From positions 44,674 to 108,673 of the forward strand of contig JBFXAQ010000013.1 in NCBI GenBank assembly GCA_050184115.1: a DNA stretch of 64,000 nt. Direction: 5' to 3'. This stretch comes from Gammaproteobacteria bacterium. GTDB lineage: Bacteria; Pseudomonadota; Gammaproteobacteria; Ga0077536. Position numbers and translations under genes: made by a program. The notes under the pieces were generated by a model that was not told the origin of the DNA, did not search any database, and saw nothing but the letters and a program-made list of their open reading frames with translations. Of this stretch, positions 46,211-56,291 are shown one piece after another (positions within the stretch are counted from its first letter, which is position 1; the number at the start of each line of letters is the position of its first letter).

Positions 46211-47779
46211 ATGGGCACGAGCCTCGCCTGGATCACCGATGCCGTCACCGGCCAGGCGCCGGTCGTGGCGGCCGGTTGCCCGGCCCTGGCCTTCGACGAC
46301 CAGCCGCCACTGAGTTATGCCGCACTGCGCGAAGCCGAACTGGCCGCGGCGCGCGCCCTGGCCCGGGCCGGCGTCACGCGCGGCGACCGCGTCGGCCTGC
46401 TGCTGCGCAATTCCATCGACTACGTGGTGTTGTACCTCGCGCTGGCGCGCCTCGGGGCGATCTCGGTACGACTCAATTTCCGCCTCACCGCACCCGAGGT
46501 AGCCTTCATCCTCGGCGACTCGGGGGCGAAGGTGCTGATCTTCGACACCGACTTCGTCGGCAGCGTGGCGCCGGTGCTGGACGAACTCGCCGTCGTCACC
46601 TACGTCGCGCGCGAGGAGAGTGGGCCGGGGCCGGACTGGGCGGTACCGCTCGACGAGTTCCTGGCTGCCGGCGCCGGCCACGAGGTCACGTTCCCGGTGC
46701 TCGGCGCGGACGACGCGGTGACCCTGCTCTACACCTCGGGCACGACCGGAAGCCCCAAGGGCGCGATCTGGACCCATGGCAACACGCTGTGGTTCGCGGC
46801 CATGCAGAGCATGAAATGGGGCATCGACGGCGGTGCGGTCGCCTTCACCCCGGGGCCGCTGTTCCACGCCGGCAGCCTGGAGGTCCTGATCCTGCCGGCG
46901 CTGGTCAACCACGGCGTCGGCGTCACCTTCTCGTCCGGCGGCGTGACCCTCGAACGCCTGCTCGACGTGGCGCGCGCGCAGTCGGCCACCGTGCTGCTGC
47001 TCTACTCCTTCATGGTCTACGACTTCCTGCGCCTGCCCGACCTCGAAACCCGGGTGCCGGCGACGCTCCGGCGCATCATCTGCGGCGGCGACACCCTCAT
47101 GCCCTGGGTCTACGACGTGCTCGCCGAACGCCTGCCGCAGATCGAACTGGTGCAGGTCTACGGCCTGACCGAGGGCGGCGCCATCAGCACCTGTCTCGAC
47201 CACGGCTTCGCCCAGGCGCGCGCCGGCAGCGTCGGCCGGCCACTGCCGCTGTCCGAGGTGAAGATCCTCGACGAGCAGGGCCGGCCGGTGGCGACGGGCG
47301 CGGTCGGCGAGATCCACGTACGCAGCCCGAGCGTGAGTCCGGGCTACTGGCAGCGGCCGGAGGCGAACGCGGAGACCTTCGTCGACGGCTGGTGCCGGAC
47401 CGGCGACCTCGGCAGCGTCGACGCCGACGGCTTCCTCACCCTCGGCGGGCGCGCCAAGGACATGATTCGCAGCGGCGGCGAGAACGTCTACCCGGCCGAG
47501 ATCGAAGCGGTACTGACCAAGGCCCCCGGGGTCGCCGATGCCGCGGTGTTCGCGGTGCCCGACGCGAAGTACAACGAGGTCGGTTGCGCGGTGCTCATCG
47601 CCATCGAAGGCGCGACCCTCGATCTCGACGCGGTGCGCGCCTACTGCGGCGAGCGCCTCGCGCGTTTCAAGATCCCGAAGTACTTCGTCGTCGGCGACAC
47701 CCTGCCGCGTACCGCTTCGGGCAAGGTCAAGAAATTCGAATTGCGCGCGGCCTACGCCGCCATCGGCGACACCGCCTGA
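46211..47779 (+). CDS. AMP-dependent synthetase/ligase (acyl-CoA ligase)
   Basis: YTSGTTGSPKGAIWTH, the QVYGLTEGG motif, the TGDLGSVDADGFLTLGGRAKD hinge, and C-terminal GKVKK. Confidence 0.85.
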   Translation: MGTSLAWITDAVTGQAPVVAAGCPALAFDDQPPLSYAALREAELAAARALARAGVTRGDRVGLLLRNSIDYVVLYLALARLGAISVRLNFRLTAPEVAFILGDSGAKVLIFDTDFVGSVAPVLDELAVVTYVAREESGPGPDWAVPLDEFLAAGAGHEVTFPVLGADDAVTLLYTSGTTGSPKGAIWTHGNTLWFAAMQSMKWGIDGGAVAFTPGPLFHAGSLEVLILPALVNHGVGVTFSSGGVTLERLLDVARAQSATVLLLYSFMVYDFLRLPDLETRVPATLRRIICGGDTLMPWVYDVLAERLPQIELVQVYGLTEGGAISTCLDHGFAQARAGSVGRPLPLSEVKILDEQGRPVATGAVGEIHVRSPSVSPGYWQRPEANAETFVDGWCRTGDLGSVDADGFLTLGGRAKDMIRSGGENVYPAEIEAVLTKAPGVADAAVFAVPDAKYNEVGCAVLIAIEGATLDLDAVRAYCGERLARFKIPKYFVVGDTLPRTASGKVKKFELRAAYAAIGDTA

Positions 47780-47817
47780 CGGCGACGCCGCGCCGCGGGA
47801 ACCGAACGGGGAGCAAC

Positions 47818-48162
47818 ATGACGACCAAGCGCCTGCCAGCGGGCTTCGAGGACCTCGAGCCCTTTCTCGACGCCTGGGATCGACCGACGTCCCACGCACG
47901 CTGGATCCACCGCAACCAGGCGCCTTACGCCGAGGTCCTGCGCTTCTACGAGGCCATGCTGGCGCGCGTCGAGGAAGCGACCGCACTGGTCGAACGCCAC
48001 CCGCTCGACGCGCTGCCGGACGATGTCGCGCGGCTGTTCCGCCTCGTGCTGGCGCTGGCCCATGCCGCCATCGCCGTCGAACTGCACCAGGCCTCGCATT
48101 CGCCGTGGTCGCCGACCGAGCACGGCCTGCGCCTCGAGGCCGGCATCCAGCCCTGCGGCTGA
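47818..48162 (+). CDS. Hypothetical protein (114 aa)
   Basis: ATG after GGGGAGCAAC. Sits in-operon between the ligase and the Rieske oxygenase. No recognisable domain. Confidence 0.4.
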   Translation: MTTKRLPAGFEDLEPFLDAWDRPTSHARWIHRNQAPYAEVLRFYEAMLARVEEATALVERHPLDALPDDVARLFRLVLALAHAAIAVELHQASHSPWSPTEHGLRLEAGIQPCG

Positions 48163-48190
48163 CGTTGGCGACAGCATCCGGAGGATCACC

Positions 48191-49435
48191 GTGAACCGAC
48201 CGACCAGCACCCGGCCCAGCCTCACCGAGGCCTGCGGCCTCGACACCGGCCCGGTGCCGAGCCGTCTCTACACCGACCCGGCGCAGTACGAACTCGAGCG
48301 CGAGCGCATTTTCCGCCGCGCCTGGCTCAAGGTCGGACGGGTCGAGCAGATCCCTGACGCCGGCGACTACTTCGTCAAGGACATCGCCGTGTGCGCCGCC
48401 TCGATCCTGGTCACGCGGACGAAGGGCGGGGCGCTCAAGGCCTTCCACAACGTCTGCTCGCATCGCGGCAACCTCGTCGCGCTGTCGCCCTGCGGCAACG
48501 CCAGCCGCTTCACCTGCCGTTACCACAGCTGGACCTACGACAACGCCGGCAAGCTGGTCGGCGTGCCGGACGAGGCCGGCTTCTTCGGTCTCGACAAGAA
48601 GAGATGCGGCCTGACGCCGGTCGCGCTCGACACCTGGGAAGGCTGGATCTTCGTCAACCTGCAACCGGTGCCCGAAGTTTCGCTGGCCGAGTTCCTCGGC
48701 CCCTTCGGCACGGCCTTCAGCGGTGTCGATTACCCCTACGCCGACCATGCGCTGGTCATGCGGGGCGAGTTCAAGGCCAACTGGAAGGCCGTCGCCGACG
48801 CCTTCAGCGAGGCCTACCACATCGCCTCGATCCACCCGCGTACCTTCGCGCCGATCTACGCCGGGCGCGACAATCCGGGCAGCCGCCCGGTCAGCGCCAA
48901 CGTCTACGGCGCGCACCGCGCGTTCTCCACCTGGCTCAACGTCGACTACCAACCCGGGCCCAACGCACGCTTCGAGCGCTGGGTCTACCCGGCCGTCGCG
49001 ACCTTGACCGGCACGCGCCAGGAAGGCCAGGTCAACCCGCTCACCGAGCACCCCGCGATCAACCCGAGCAAGAGCACGACCTGGGCCAGCGACGTCAACT
49101 GGATCTTCCCCAACTGGCACATCCAGATCTCGGCCAACCGTTTCTGGTCGCACGAGTTCTGGCCGCTGAGCGCGGATACCACCCTGTGGGAAGGACGCTT
49201 CTACCAGCCGCGGCCGCAGAGCGCGCGCGAACGCATCCAGCTCGAACACTTCACCGCGCAGATGGCCGACGGCATGCTCGAAGATCTCTCCAACATCGAG
49301 AGCACCCAGCGCGGCATGGCCTCGGGCGCGAAGTCGCATCTGCACCTGCAGGATGGCGAGATTGCCATCCGCCACCAGCTCGCACAGGTGGTCAAGTGGT
49401 GCGAGGCGGCGACGGTGGCGGAGGCACTGGCGTGA
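48191..49435 (+). CDS. Rieske [2Fe-2S] non-heme-iron oxygenase, alpha subunit (KshA-like, alpha-only type)
   Basis: Rieske motif CSHRGNLV...CRYHSWTYD. Mononuclear-iron ligands in the catalytic domain (E..H..H-like AYHIASIHP). GTG start after GGAGGA. Confidence 0.8.
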   Translation: MNRPTSTRPSLTEACGLDTGPVPSRLYTDPAQYELERERIFRRAWLKVGRVEQIPDAGDYFVKDIAVCAASILVTRTKGGALKAFHNVCSHRGNLVALSPCGNASRFTCRYHSWTYDNAGKLVGVPDEAGFFGLDKKRCGLTPVALDTWEGWIFVNLQPVPEVSLAEFLGPFGTAFSGVDYPYADHALVMRGEFKANWKAVADAFSEAYHIASIHPRTFAPIYAGRDNPGSRPVSANVYGAHRAFSTWLNVDYQPGPNARFERWVYPAVATLTGTRQEGQVNPLTEHPAINPSKSTTWASDVNWIFPNWHIQISANRFWSHEFWPLSADTTLWEGRFYQPRPQSARERIQLEHFTAQMADGMLEDLSNIESTQRGMASGAKSHLHLQDGEIAIRHQLAQVVKWCEAATVAEALA

Positions 49436-51432
49436 CGCCAGCGGCCGCCGTCGATACGCCCGCCGGCGTCGCCTGGCAGCCCTCGGCGCGGCACCTTGCC
49501 GAGTCCGGGGTGGCGCGGCTGGTTCGCGCCCTGGGCGTGGACGACTACGATGCCCTGCTCGACATGGCCACCACCGATCCGGCGCGCTACTGGCAGACGG
49601 TCTGCGCGTTCTGCGACATCGCCTGGGACGTCGCGCCGAGCGGTTACGTCGATCTCGCAGGCGGGCGCGAATTCCCGCGCTGGTTCCCGGGCGGGCGCCT
49701 GAACTGGGTCAACACCGTGCTCGCCTGGGGTGAGCGCGCGGCCACCGCGGACGGTATCGCCATCGCGTCCGAAGACGAGCGCGGCGCGGTTGAATCGGTC
49801 ACCTACTCAGAACTCGGTCCGCGCGTGCGGCGCTTCGCCGCGGCGCTCGGTGCGCTCGGTGTCGAGGCCGGCGATCGCGTCGGCCTGTTCATGGAGAACG
49901 GTCTCGACGCCACCGTCGCGCTGCTCGCCATCGCCTACCGCGGTGCCGTCGCCGTGCCGCTGTTCAGCGGCTTCGGCGCCGAGGCCGTGGTCGCGCGCCT
50001 CGGCGCGGCGGAAGCGCGGGTGCTGCTCGCCGCGCCGTCGTTCGAGCGTCGCGGCCGCGCGGTCGAACTCGAAGGCATCGTGCGCGAAGCCTGGACGCAA
50101 TTGCCGGCGCTCGAGCGCGTGGTGTGGAAAGGCGGGCCGGCCGCGGTGCGCGGCGCGCGCGAGCTGGCCTGGGACGCGTTCCTCGCCGCCGGCGCGGGCG
50201 CCGCGGCCGCGCCGGCCAGCGTCGACCCCGACCATCCGTTCCTGCTCATCTACACCTCGGGCACGACCGGCAAGCCCAAGGGCATCGTGCACGTGCACGG
50301 CGGCTTCCCGCTCAAGATCGCCCACGACGCCGTCGTCCATCTCGACATCGGCCCGGGTGATGCCTTCTCCTGGCCGGCCGACATCGGCTGGATCGCCGGC
50401 ACCCTGGTGGCGAGCTGCGCCCTGCTGCGCGGGGCGAAACTGGTGTGCTACACCGGCGCGCCCGACGTGCCCGACTTCTCGCGCATGGCGCGCCTCATCG
50501 AGCGCCACCGCGTCACCCACTACGGCGCCGCGCCGACCCTCATTCGCAGCCTCGCCAGCCACGAGGCCGAAGCACTCGCCGGCGACCGGTCGAGCATCCG
50601 CCTGTTGATGACGGCGGGCGAGGGCATCGATCCCGAGCACTTCGGCTGGTTCCAGCGCCACTTCGGCGCCGGTACCGCGCCGCTCGTCAACTACACCGGC
50701 GGCACCGAGGTGTCCGGCGCGCTGCTCGCCTCGGTGGTGGTGCGGCCGATCGTGGCGAGCGCCTTCAACAGTACCTCGCCCGGGGTCGCGGTCGACGTCG
50801 TCGGGCCGGACGGCGCGCCGCTCACCGATGCCGTCGGTGAACTCGCCGTGCGCGCGCCCTTCGTCGGCATGACACGGTCGTTCTGGCGCGACGACGAGCG
50901 CTATCTCGAGACCTACTGGCAGACCGTTCCGGGCCTCTGGATCCACGGCGACCTCGCGCTGCGCCGCGGCGACGGCCAGCTCTTCCTGCGCGGGCGCTCC
51001 GACGACACCCTCAAGGTCGCCGGCAAGCGCCTCGGCCCGGCCGAGGTCGAGGAAGCCGTGCTCCGGGTCGAGGGCGTGGTCGAGGCCGCCGCCATCGGCG
51101 TGGCCGACCCAGCCAAGGGCGAACGCCTGGTGGTGTTCGTCACCGCCAGCGCCGGCATCGCCGCTGCCGGCGATGCGCTCGCGGCGCGGGTGACCGATGC
51201 CGTCGCGGCGGCCCTCGGCCGCGCCTTCCGCCCGGCCGCCGTGCATGTCGTCACGCAATTGCCCAAGACCCGTAGCGGCAAGATCCTGCGCCGCGTGGTG
51301 CGCAATCTCTACGCCGGCCTGCCGCCCGGCGACCTGTCCTCGCTCGACGACCCGGCCGCGCTCGACGAAGTGCGCCGCGCCGCCGCGCACGTCACTCAGA
51401 TTCCTGCCCAGTCCCAGGGGAGCAAGCCATGA
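49432..51432 (+). CDS. Acetoacetyl-CoA synthetase-like acyl-CoA synthetase (ACS family with N-terminal ACAS_N-like region)
   Basis: 666 aa. AMP-binding motifs YTSGTTGKPKGIVH and YTGGTEV... C-terminal KTRSGKILRR. GTG start overlaps the Rieske stop (GTGA) after GGAGG. Confidence 0.75.
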   Translation: MTPAAAVDTPAGVAWQPSARHLAESGVARLVRALGVDDYDALLDMATTDPARYWQTVCAFCDIAWDVAPSGYVDLAGGREFPRWFPGGRLNWVNTVLAWGERAATADGIAIASEDERGAVESVTYSELGPRVRRFAAALGALGVEAGDRVGLFMENGLDATVALLAIAYRGAVAVPLFSGFGAEAVVARLGAAEARVLLAAPSFERRGRAVELEGIVREAWTQLPALERVVWKGGPAAVRGARELAWDAFLAAGAGAAAAPASVDPDHPFLLIYTSGTTGKPKGIVHVHGGFPLKIAHDAVVHLDIGPGDAFSWPADIGWIAGTLVASCALLRGAKLVCYTGAPDVPDFSRMARLIERHRVTHYGAAPTLIRSLASHEAEALAGDRSSIRLLMTAGEGIDPEHFGWFQRHFGAGTAPLVNYTGGTEVSGALLASVVVRPIVASAFNSTSPGVAVDVVGPDGAPLTDAVGELAVRAPFVGMTRSFWRDDERYLETYWQTVPGLWIHGDLALRRGDGQLFLRGRSDDTLKVAGKRLGPAEVEEAVLRVEGVVEAAAIGVADPAKGERLVVFVTASAGIAAAGDALAARVTDAVAAALGRAFRPAAVHVVTQLPKTRSGKILRRVVRNLYAGLPPGDLSSLDDPAALDEVRRAAAHVTQIPAQSQGSKP

Positions 51433-52889
51433 GCAGAACGATCGTCGAACAACTGGCCGATTTCACCACCGCGTGCACCTTCGACGCCCTGCCGGACGCG
51501 GTCGTCCACGAGTGCAAGCGCATCGTGCTCGATTCGCTCGGTTGCGCGCTCGCCGCCGTCGAGGAACCCAAGGGCCGCATCGGCATCCAGTACGGGCGCC
51601 TGCTCGGCGGCGCAGCGGGCGATGCGACCATCATCGGCTCGCCCGGGCGCACCTCGCTCTTCGGCGCCGCCTTCGCCAACGGCGAACTCATCAATACCCT
51701 CGACTACGATTGCGTGCTGCCGCCGGGCCATGTCACGCCCTACGTGCTGCCGGGTGCGCTGGCTTCAGCCGAGAGCGCCGGGCAATCGGGGCGCGAGCTC
51801 ATCACCGCCATGGCGCTGTCGCACGAGATGTCCTACCGCCTCGGCAAGGCCATGGACTACCTGCGCGATACCAAGGACGGCAAGGTCAACCCGCCGCCGG
51901 TGTACGGGTACAGCAGCACCATCTTCGGCGCCACCGCGGCCATCGCGAAGCTCAAGGGCTACGACAGCGCCGTCACCGCCCACGCGCTCGGCATCGCCGG
52001 CTGCATCTCGCCGGTGCAGTCGCAGGTGGCCTGGTTCCAGCACGCGCCGAGTTCGACCATCAAGTACCTGCTCGCCGGCACCCTGGTCCAGGAAGCGCTG
52101 ACCGCGGCGCACATGGCCGAGTTCGGGCATCGCGGCGACGTCCAGGTGCTCGACGATCGCGAGTACGGCTGGGCGCGCTTCATCGGTACGCGGCGCTGGG
52201 AAGCCGAGCGCATCACGCCGGGACTCGGCAGCGAGTGGCTGTTCACGCGCGAACAGGCCTACAAGCCCTACCCGCACTGCCGCATCCTGCACGCGCTGCT
52301 CGACGCCCAGCGCGAGATCATGGAGACGAACGACATCGCGCCGGACGAGATCGACGGCATGAAGGCCTGGGTCGAGGGCTTCGTCGAGCAGCCGGTGTGG
52401 GAGAACCGCAGCATCGAGCACGTCCACGACGCGCAGTTCAGCATTGCCCACGGCCTCGCCTTCGGCGCCATGGGCGTGCCGCCCGGCCGTGCCTGGCAGG
52501 AACCGGAGCGGGTGTTCGATCCGGCCGTGCTGGCGCTGATGGACAAGACCAGCTACGAGGTCCATCCGGACTACGTCGAGCTGCTGCTGAGCCAGGGCGC
52601 GAGCCGCCCGGCGCGGATCGAGATCCAGGCCCGCGGCGAGACCTTCGTCGGCGAGCGGCGCTACCCCAAGGGCAGCCCGTCGCCCGAGCCGGGCTCGGCC
52701 ATGAGCGACGAGGAACTCGTCGCCAAGTTCCGCCACAACGCCGAGGGCGCGATCGCCGCGGCCGACGCCGAGCGCGTGGTCGAGGCGGTGTTCGCGCTCG
52801 AGTCGATCGGTGACATCGGCGAGGTCATGCAACTCGTTGCCGGCGGTGACACGGCCGGCGCGACACGCCGCCCGCACCAGGCGGCATGA
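51429..52889 (+). CDS. MmgE/PrpD-family protein
   Basis: Full-length collinearity with the PrpD/MmgE/IRG1 family. ATG overlaps the upstream stop (ATGA). Confidence 0.85.
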   Translation: MSRTIVEQLADFTTACTFDALPDAVVHECKRIVLDSLGCALAAVEEPKGRIGIQYGRLLGGAAGDATIIGSPGRTSLFGAAFANGELINTLDYDCVLPPGHVTPYVLPGALASAESAGQSGRELITAMALSHEMSYRLGKAMDYLRDTKDGKVNPPPVYGYSSTIFGATAAIAKLKGYDSAVTAHALGIAGCISPVQSQVAWFQHAPSSTIKYLLAGTLVQEALTAAHMAEFGHRGDVQVLDDREYGWARFIGTRRWEAERITPGLGSEWLFTREQAYKPYPHCRILHALLDAQREIMETNDIAPDEIDGMKAWVEGFVEQPVWENRSIEHVHDAQFSIAHGLAFGAMGVPPGRAWQEPERVFDPAVLALMDKTSYEVHPDYVELLLSQGASRPARIEIQARGETFVGERRYPKGSPSPEPGSAMSDEELVAKFRHNAEGAIAAADAERVVEAVFALESIGDIGEVMQLVAGGDTAGATRRPHQAA

Positions 52890-53800
52890 GCGGGACGGTC
52901 GCGCCAGGCGCCACGGGCGCCGGCGGGGCGGCGGGCGACCGTCGCCGCCTGCCCGGCACGCCGGAACCGACGCAATGCTGGGTCACACCCGCCGGCCTGC
53001 GTCTGTGTGGCGATGCCTGGGGACCGGAACAAGGCCCCCAGGTCCTGATGATCCACGGCGGCGGCCAGAACCGGCATGCCTGGGCGCGTTCGGGGAAAGC
53101 CCTGGGCGCCGCCGGCTGGCGCGCCATCGCGCTCGATTCGCGCGGGCACGGCGATTCGGACTGGGCGCCGGATGGCGACTACGGTCAGGATGCCTTCATC
53201 GCCGACCTCGCTGCCGTCGTTGCCGCACTCGGCGATCGCAGCCCGGTGTTGGTCGGCGCCTCGCTCGGTGGCTTGAACGCCCTGCTCGCGGTCGGCGAGG
53301 GTCGCGTCCACGCGCGCGCCCTGGTCCTGGTCGACATCGCACCGCGCACCGAACGCGCCGGTTCCGAGCGAGTGCGCGATTTCCTCGCCGCCCATGCAGC
53401 GGGCTTCGAATCGCTGGACGCGGTGGCCGAGGCGATCGCGGCCTTCCGTCCCGGCAGCCCGCGCAAGGCCAACCCGCAGAGCCTCGCCCGCAACGTGCGC
53501 GAAGGCGCCGACGGGCGCTACTACTGGCACTGGGATCCGCGTTTCCTCGACGGCCGCGAGCACGATCTCGCGACGCGCTACGAACGCCTGGTGCCGGCGG
53601 CACGCGGCCTGACCATCCCGACCCTGCTGGTGCGCGGTGGAAGTTCGGATGTCGTCAGCCGCGAGGCGGTCGACGAGTTCCTCGAACTCTGTCCGCACGC
53701 CGAGTACGTCGACATCCTCGACGCCGGGCACATGATCACCGGGGACAGCAACGAGCGCTTCGGCCAGGCGATGGGGGAGTTCCTCGCGCGCCTGGACTGA
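52886..53800 (+). CDS. Alpha/beta-hydrolase fold protein
   Basis: HGGGQN oxyanion region. Nucleophile elbow GASLGG. C-terminal His in DAGHM. ATG overlaps the upstream stop (ATGA). Confidence 0.8.
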   Translation: MSGTVAPGATGAGGAAGDRRRLPGTPEPTQCWVTPAGLRLCGDAWGPEQGPQVLMIHGGGQNRHAWARSGKALGAAGWRAIALDSRGHGDSDWAPDGDYGQDAFIADLAAVVAALGDRSPVLVGASLGGLNALLAVGEGRVHARALVLVDIAPRTERAGSERVRDFLAAHAAGFESLDAVAEAIAAFRPGSPRKANPQSLARNVREGADGRYYWHWDPRFLDGREHDLATRYERLVPAARGLTIPTLLVRGGSSDVVSREAVDEFLELCPHAEYVDILDAGHMITGDSNERFGQAMGEFLARLD

Positions 53801-53965
53801 GCCAGCGCGCATCCGCTGGTCGCGGCGCCAGTTCGCACGAGGAGAAGTCCGGATTCACCCATGTCCGCTTGATCGGGCCGAGGAGCCGCCCCACCATCCA
53901 TGCCACGCCATTTCCGTTAGCATCGGCGCCACGGCGGGCCCGCCGCGCCACCAGGGGAGAACACG

Positions 53966-54199
53966 ATGAGCAATTTCCAGTTTCCACGGCCGGTCGAGGA
54001 ACGCCCGGTCCAGGCGCGCGAGCCGGTCGCGGGCCGCTGTGCCGAATGCGGCGCCGAGCACCTCGCCCGTTACCCGGTGCTGTCGGAAGGCGGCTGGTTC
54101 ATGGCCGTGAAATGCCAGGACTGCCTCGCCTCGCAGAGCCGCGAGAAGTGGCACCGGCTCGGCCACGTCGTGCTCGCCACCGATTCACTGCCGCGCTGA
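53966..54199 (+). CDS. Small Cys4 zinc-ribbon protein (77 aa)
   Basis: CAECG-n26-CQDC. RBS CAGGGGAGAA. Lies 52 bp upstream of the hydantoinase A-family gene. Confidence 0.5.
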   Translation: MSNFQFPRPVEERPVQAREPVAGRCAECGAEHLARYPVLSEGGWFMAVKCQDCLASQSREKWHRLGHVVLATDSLPR

Positions 54200-54251
54200 A
54201 CGCACACACCATCCGGTCCGATACGGGACCGCACCACGAGGGGAACAACAC

Positions 54252-56291
54252 ATGATGGCAGTCGATGTAGGCGGCACGTTCACCGATGTCGTCGCGGTCG
54301 TCGATGGCAACATCCGCACCGCCAAGGTCTCCACCCGGGTCGGCGAGGTCGACGCCGGCGTGGTCGAGGGCGCGGCCGAACTCGGCGTCGCCGAGGTGCC
54401 GGTCTTCAACCACGCCAGCACCCACGGCCTGAACGCGATCATCACCCGCGCCCTGCCCAAGATCGGTTTCCTCACCACCGCCGGGCACCGCGACATGCTC
54501 GACATCGGGCGCTGCTGGCGCCCGGCCGAGGCGCTCACCGACCCGAGCTGGCGGCGCGGCTTCGGCGATGCCGCGCGGCCGCTGGTGCAGCGTTACCTGC
54601 GCCGCGGCGTGCTCGAACGCATCAAGGCCGATGGCAGCGTGTTCACGCCGCTCGACGAAGCCCAGGCGCGCGCTCAGCTGCAGGTGCTGAAACGCTGCAA
54701 CGTGCAGGGCGTCGCCATCTGCCTGCTCAACGCCTACACCAATGGCAGCCATGAACAGCGCCTGCGCGAACTCGTACGCGAGGAACTCGGTGACGTTCCG
54801 TGCTCGGTGTCGAGCGACATCTCGCCGCTGGCCAAGGAGTACGCGCGCGCCTCGACCACCGTGGTCGACGTGTTCATGAAGATCATCTACGACGATTACA
54901 CCCGGCGCCTCGACGCCGGCTTACGCGCCAACGGCTTCCAGGGTCAGCTCAACTTCGCCGACTGCACGGCCAACCTGATCCCGGCCGAGGACGCGATGGA
55001 GGCGCCGTTCCGCGTGGTCTTCGCCGGACCGGCCGCGGGCACCATGGGCAGCGCCCACTTCGGCGCCATGATCGACCTGCCCAACCTGCTCTGCGCCGAC
55101 GTCGGCGGCACCTCCTGCGACATCAGCGTGGTCACCGCCGGGCAGCCCTTCGTCAACACCACCTTCGAGCTCGAGCACGACCTCATCGTCAACGCCCTGT
55201 CGAACGACATCTCGAGCATCGGCGCCGGCGGCGGCAGCATCGTCGCCATCTCGCCCTCGGGCGACATCACGGTGGGCCCCGACTCGGCCGGTGCCGCGCC
55301 CGGCCCGGCCTGCTACGGTCGCGGCGGCACGCGCCCGACCATGACCGACATCTGCCTGCTGGCCGGCCTGCTCGACCCGGACGGCTTCGCCGGCGGCAAG
55401 ATGAAGCTCGACGTCAATCTCTCGCGCCAGGCCTTCGAGGGCCTGGCCACACCGCTGTCGTTCGAGCACCGCGTGCGCTACGCCTGGGACATCGGGTTGA
55501 ACAACATCGCCGAGGGCATCTTCAACATCGCCATCAAGCACGGCATCGATCCGCGCGACTACGCACTGATGGCCTTCGGCGCCGCGGGGCCGCTGCTGTT
55601 GCCGGCACTGGCCGATCTCATCAACGTGCGCAGCGTGATCGTGCCGCCGCACCCGGGCCTCTTCTCGGCGCTCGGCCTGCTCTCGGCCGACCAGGCCTAT
55701 TCGATCAGCCAGAGCGCCTACACCGTGCTCACGCCGGATGCCGCCGGCGGCATCGCGCGCATCTTCGACGACATGGAACGGCGCCTGCGCAAGCGTCTCG
55801 GCCGGCATTCGCACGTCGAACTGGTGCGCTCCTTCGATGGTCAGCTGGTCGGTCAGACCTGGGAGACGCCGTTCGTGCCGGTGCCGTCGGGACCGATCAC
55901 GGCGGCGGCCATCGAGGCCATGATCGCGAACTTCCACGACGCCTACGCCGCGCGCAACGGCAACCGTTTCGAGGCCATCCCGGTGCAGGGCGTGACCTAC
56001 CGCCTGAGCGCCATGGTGCGCACCGACAAGGTCAGCTACGGCGAGCTGCCGGCGCGCGGTGCGGAGCCGCTGCGCCCGGTCGGCACCAGCCGCCTGCGCT
56101 ACCTCGCCGACGCCGAGCAGCTGGCCCAGGTCTATGCCCGCGAGGCGCTGTGCGCGGGCGACGAGATCCGCGGGCCGGCGATCGTGCGCGAAGCATTGTC
56201 GACCACCTACATCACCCAGAACCAGGTCGCGTGGATCGGGCGCTACGGCGAGATGGTCATCCGCCGCGCGAGCGCGGGAGAGCAGCCATGA
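54252..56291 (+). CDS. Hydantoinase A / oxoprolinase / acetone-carboxylase-family ATPase subunit (HyuA-like)
   Basis: Hydant_A_N (MMAVDVGGTFTDVV) and Hydantoinase_A domains (ADVGGTSCDISVV), full length 679 aa. Confidence 0.9.
   Translation: MMAVDVGGTFTDVVAVVDGNIRTAKVSTRVGEVDAGVVEGAAELGVAEVPVFNHASTHGLNAIITRALPKIGFLTTAGHRDMLDIGRCWRPAEALTDPSWRRGFGDAARPLVQRYLRRGVLERIKADGSVFTPLDEAQARAQLQVLKRCNVQGVAICLLNAYTNGSHEQRLRELVREELGDVPCSVSSDISPLAKEYARASTTVVDVFMKIIYDDYTRRLDAGLRANGFQGQLNFADCTANLIPAEDAMEAPFRVVFAGPAAGTMGSAHFGAMIDLPNLLCADVGGTSCDISVVTAGQPFVNTTFELEHDLIVNALSNDISSIGAGGGSIVAISPSGDITVGPDSAGAAPGPACYGRGGTRPTMTDICLLAGLLDPDGFAGGKMKLDVNLSRQAFEGLATPLSFEHRVRYAWDIGLNNIAEGIFNIAIKHGIDPRDYALMAFGAAGPLLLPALADLINVRSVIVPPHPGLFSALGLLSADQAYSISQSAYTVLTPDAAGGIARIFDDMERRLRKRLGRHSHVELVRSFDGQLVGQTWETPFVPVPSGPITAAAIEAMIANFHDAYAARNGNRFEAIPVQGVTYRLSAMVRTDKVSYGELPARGAEPLRPVGTSRLRYLADAEQLAQVYAREALCAGDEIRGPAIVREALSTTYITQNQVAWIGRYGEMVIRRASAGEQP

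Noticed and set aside
46172-49375. 1067-aa minus-strand ORF antisense to the CoA ligase and Rieske oxygenase
   Set aside because: Same GC-driven artefact. The sense strand encodes proteins with unmistakable family motifs.
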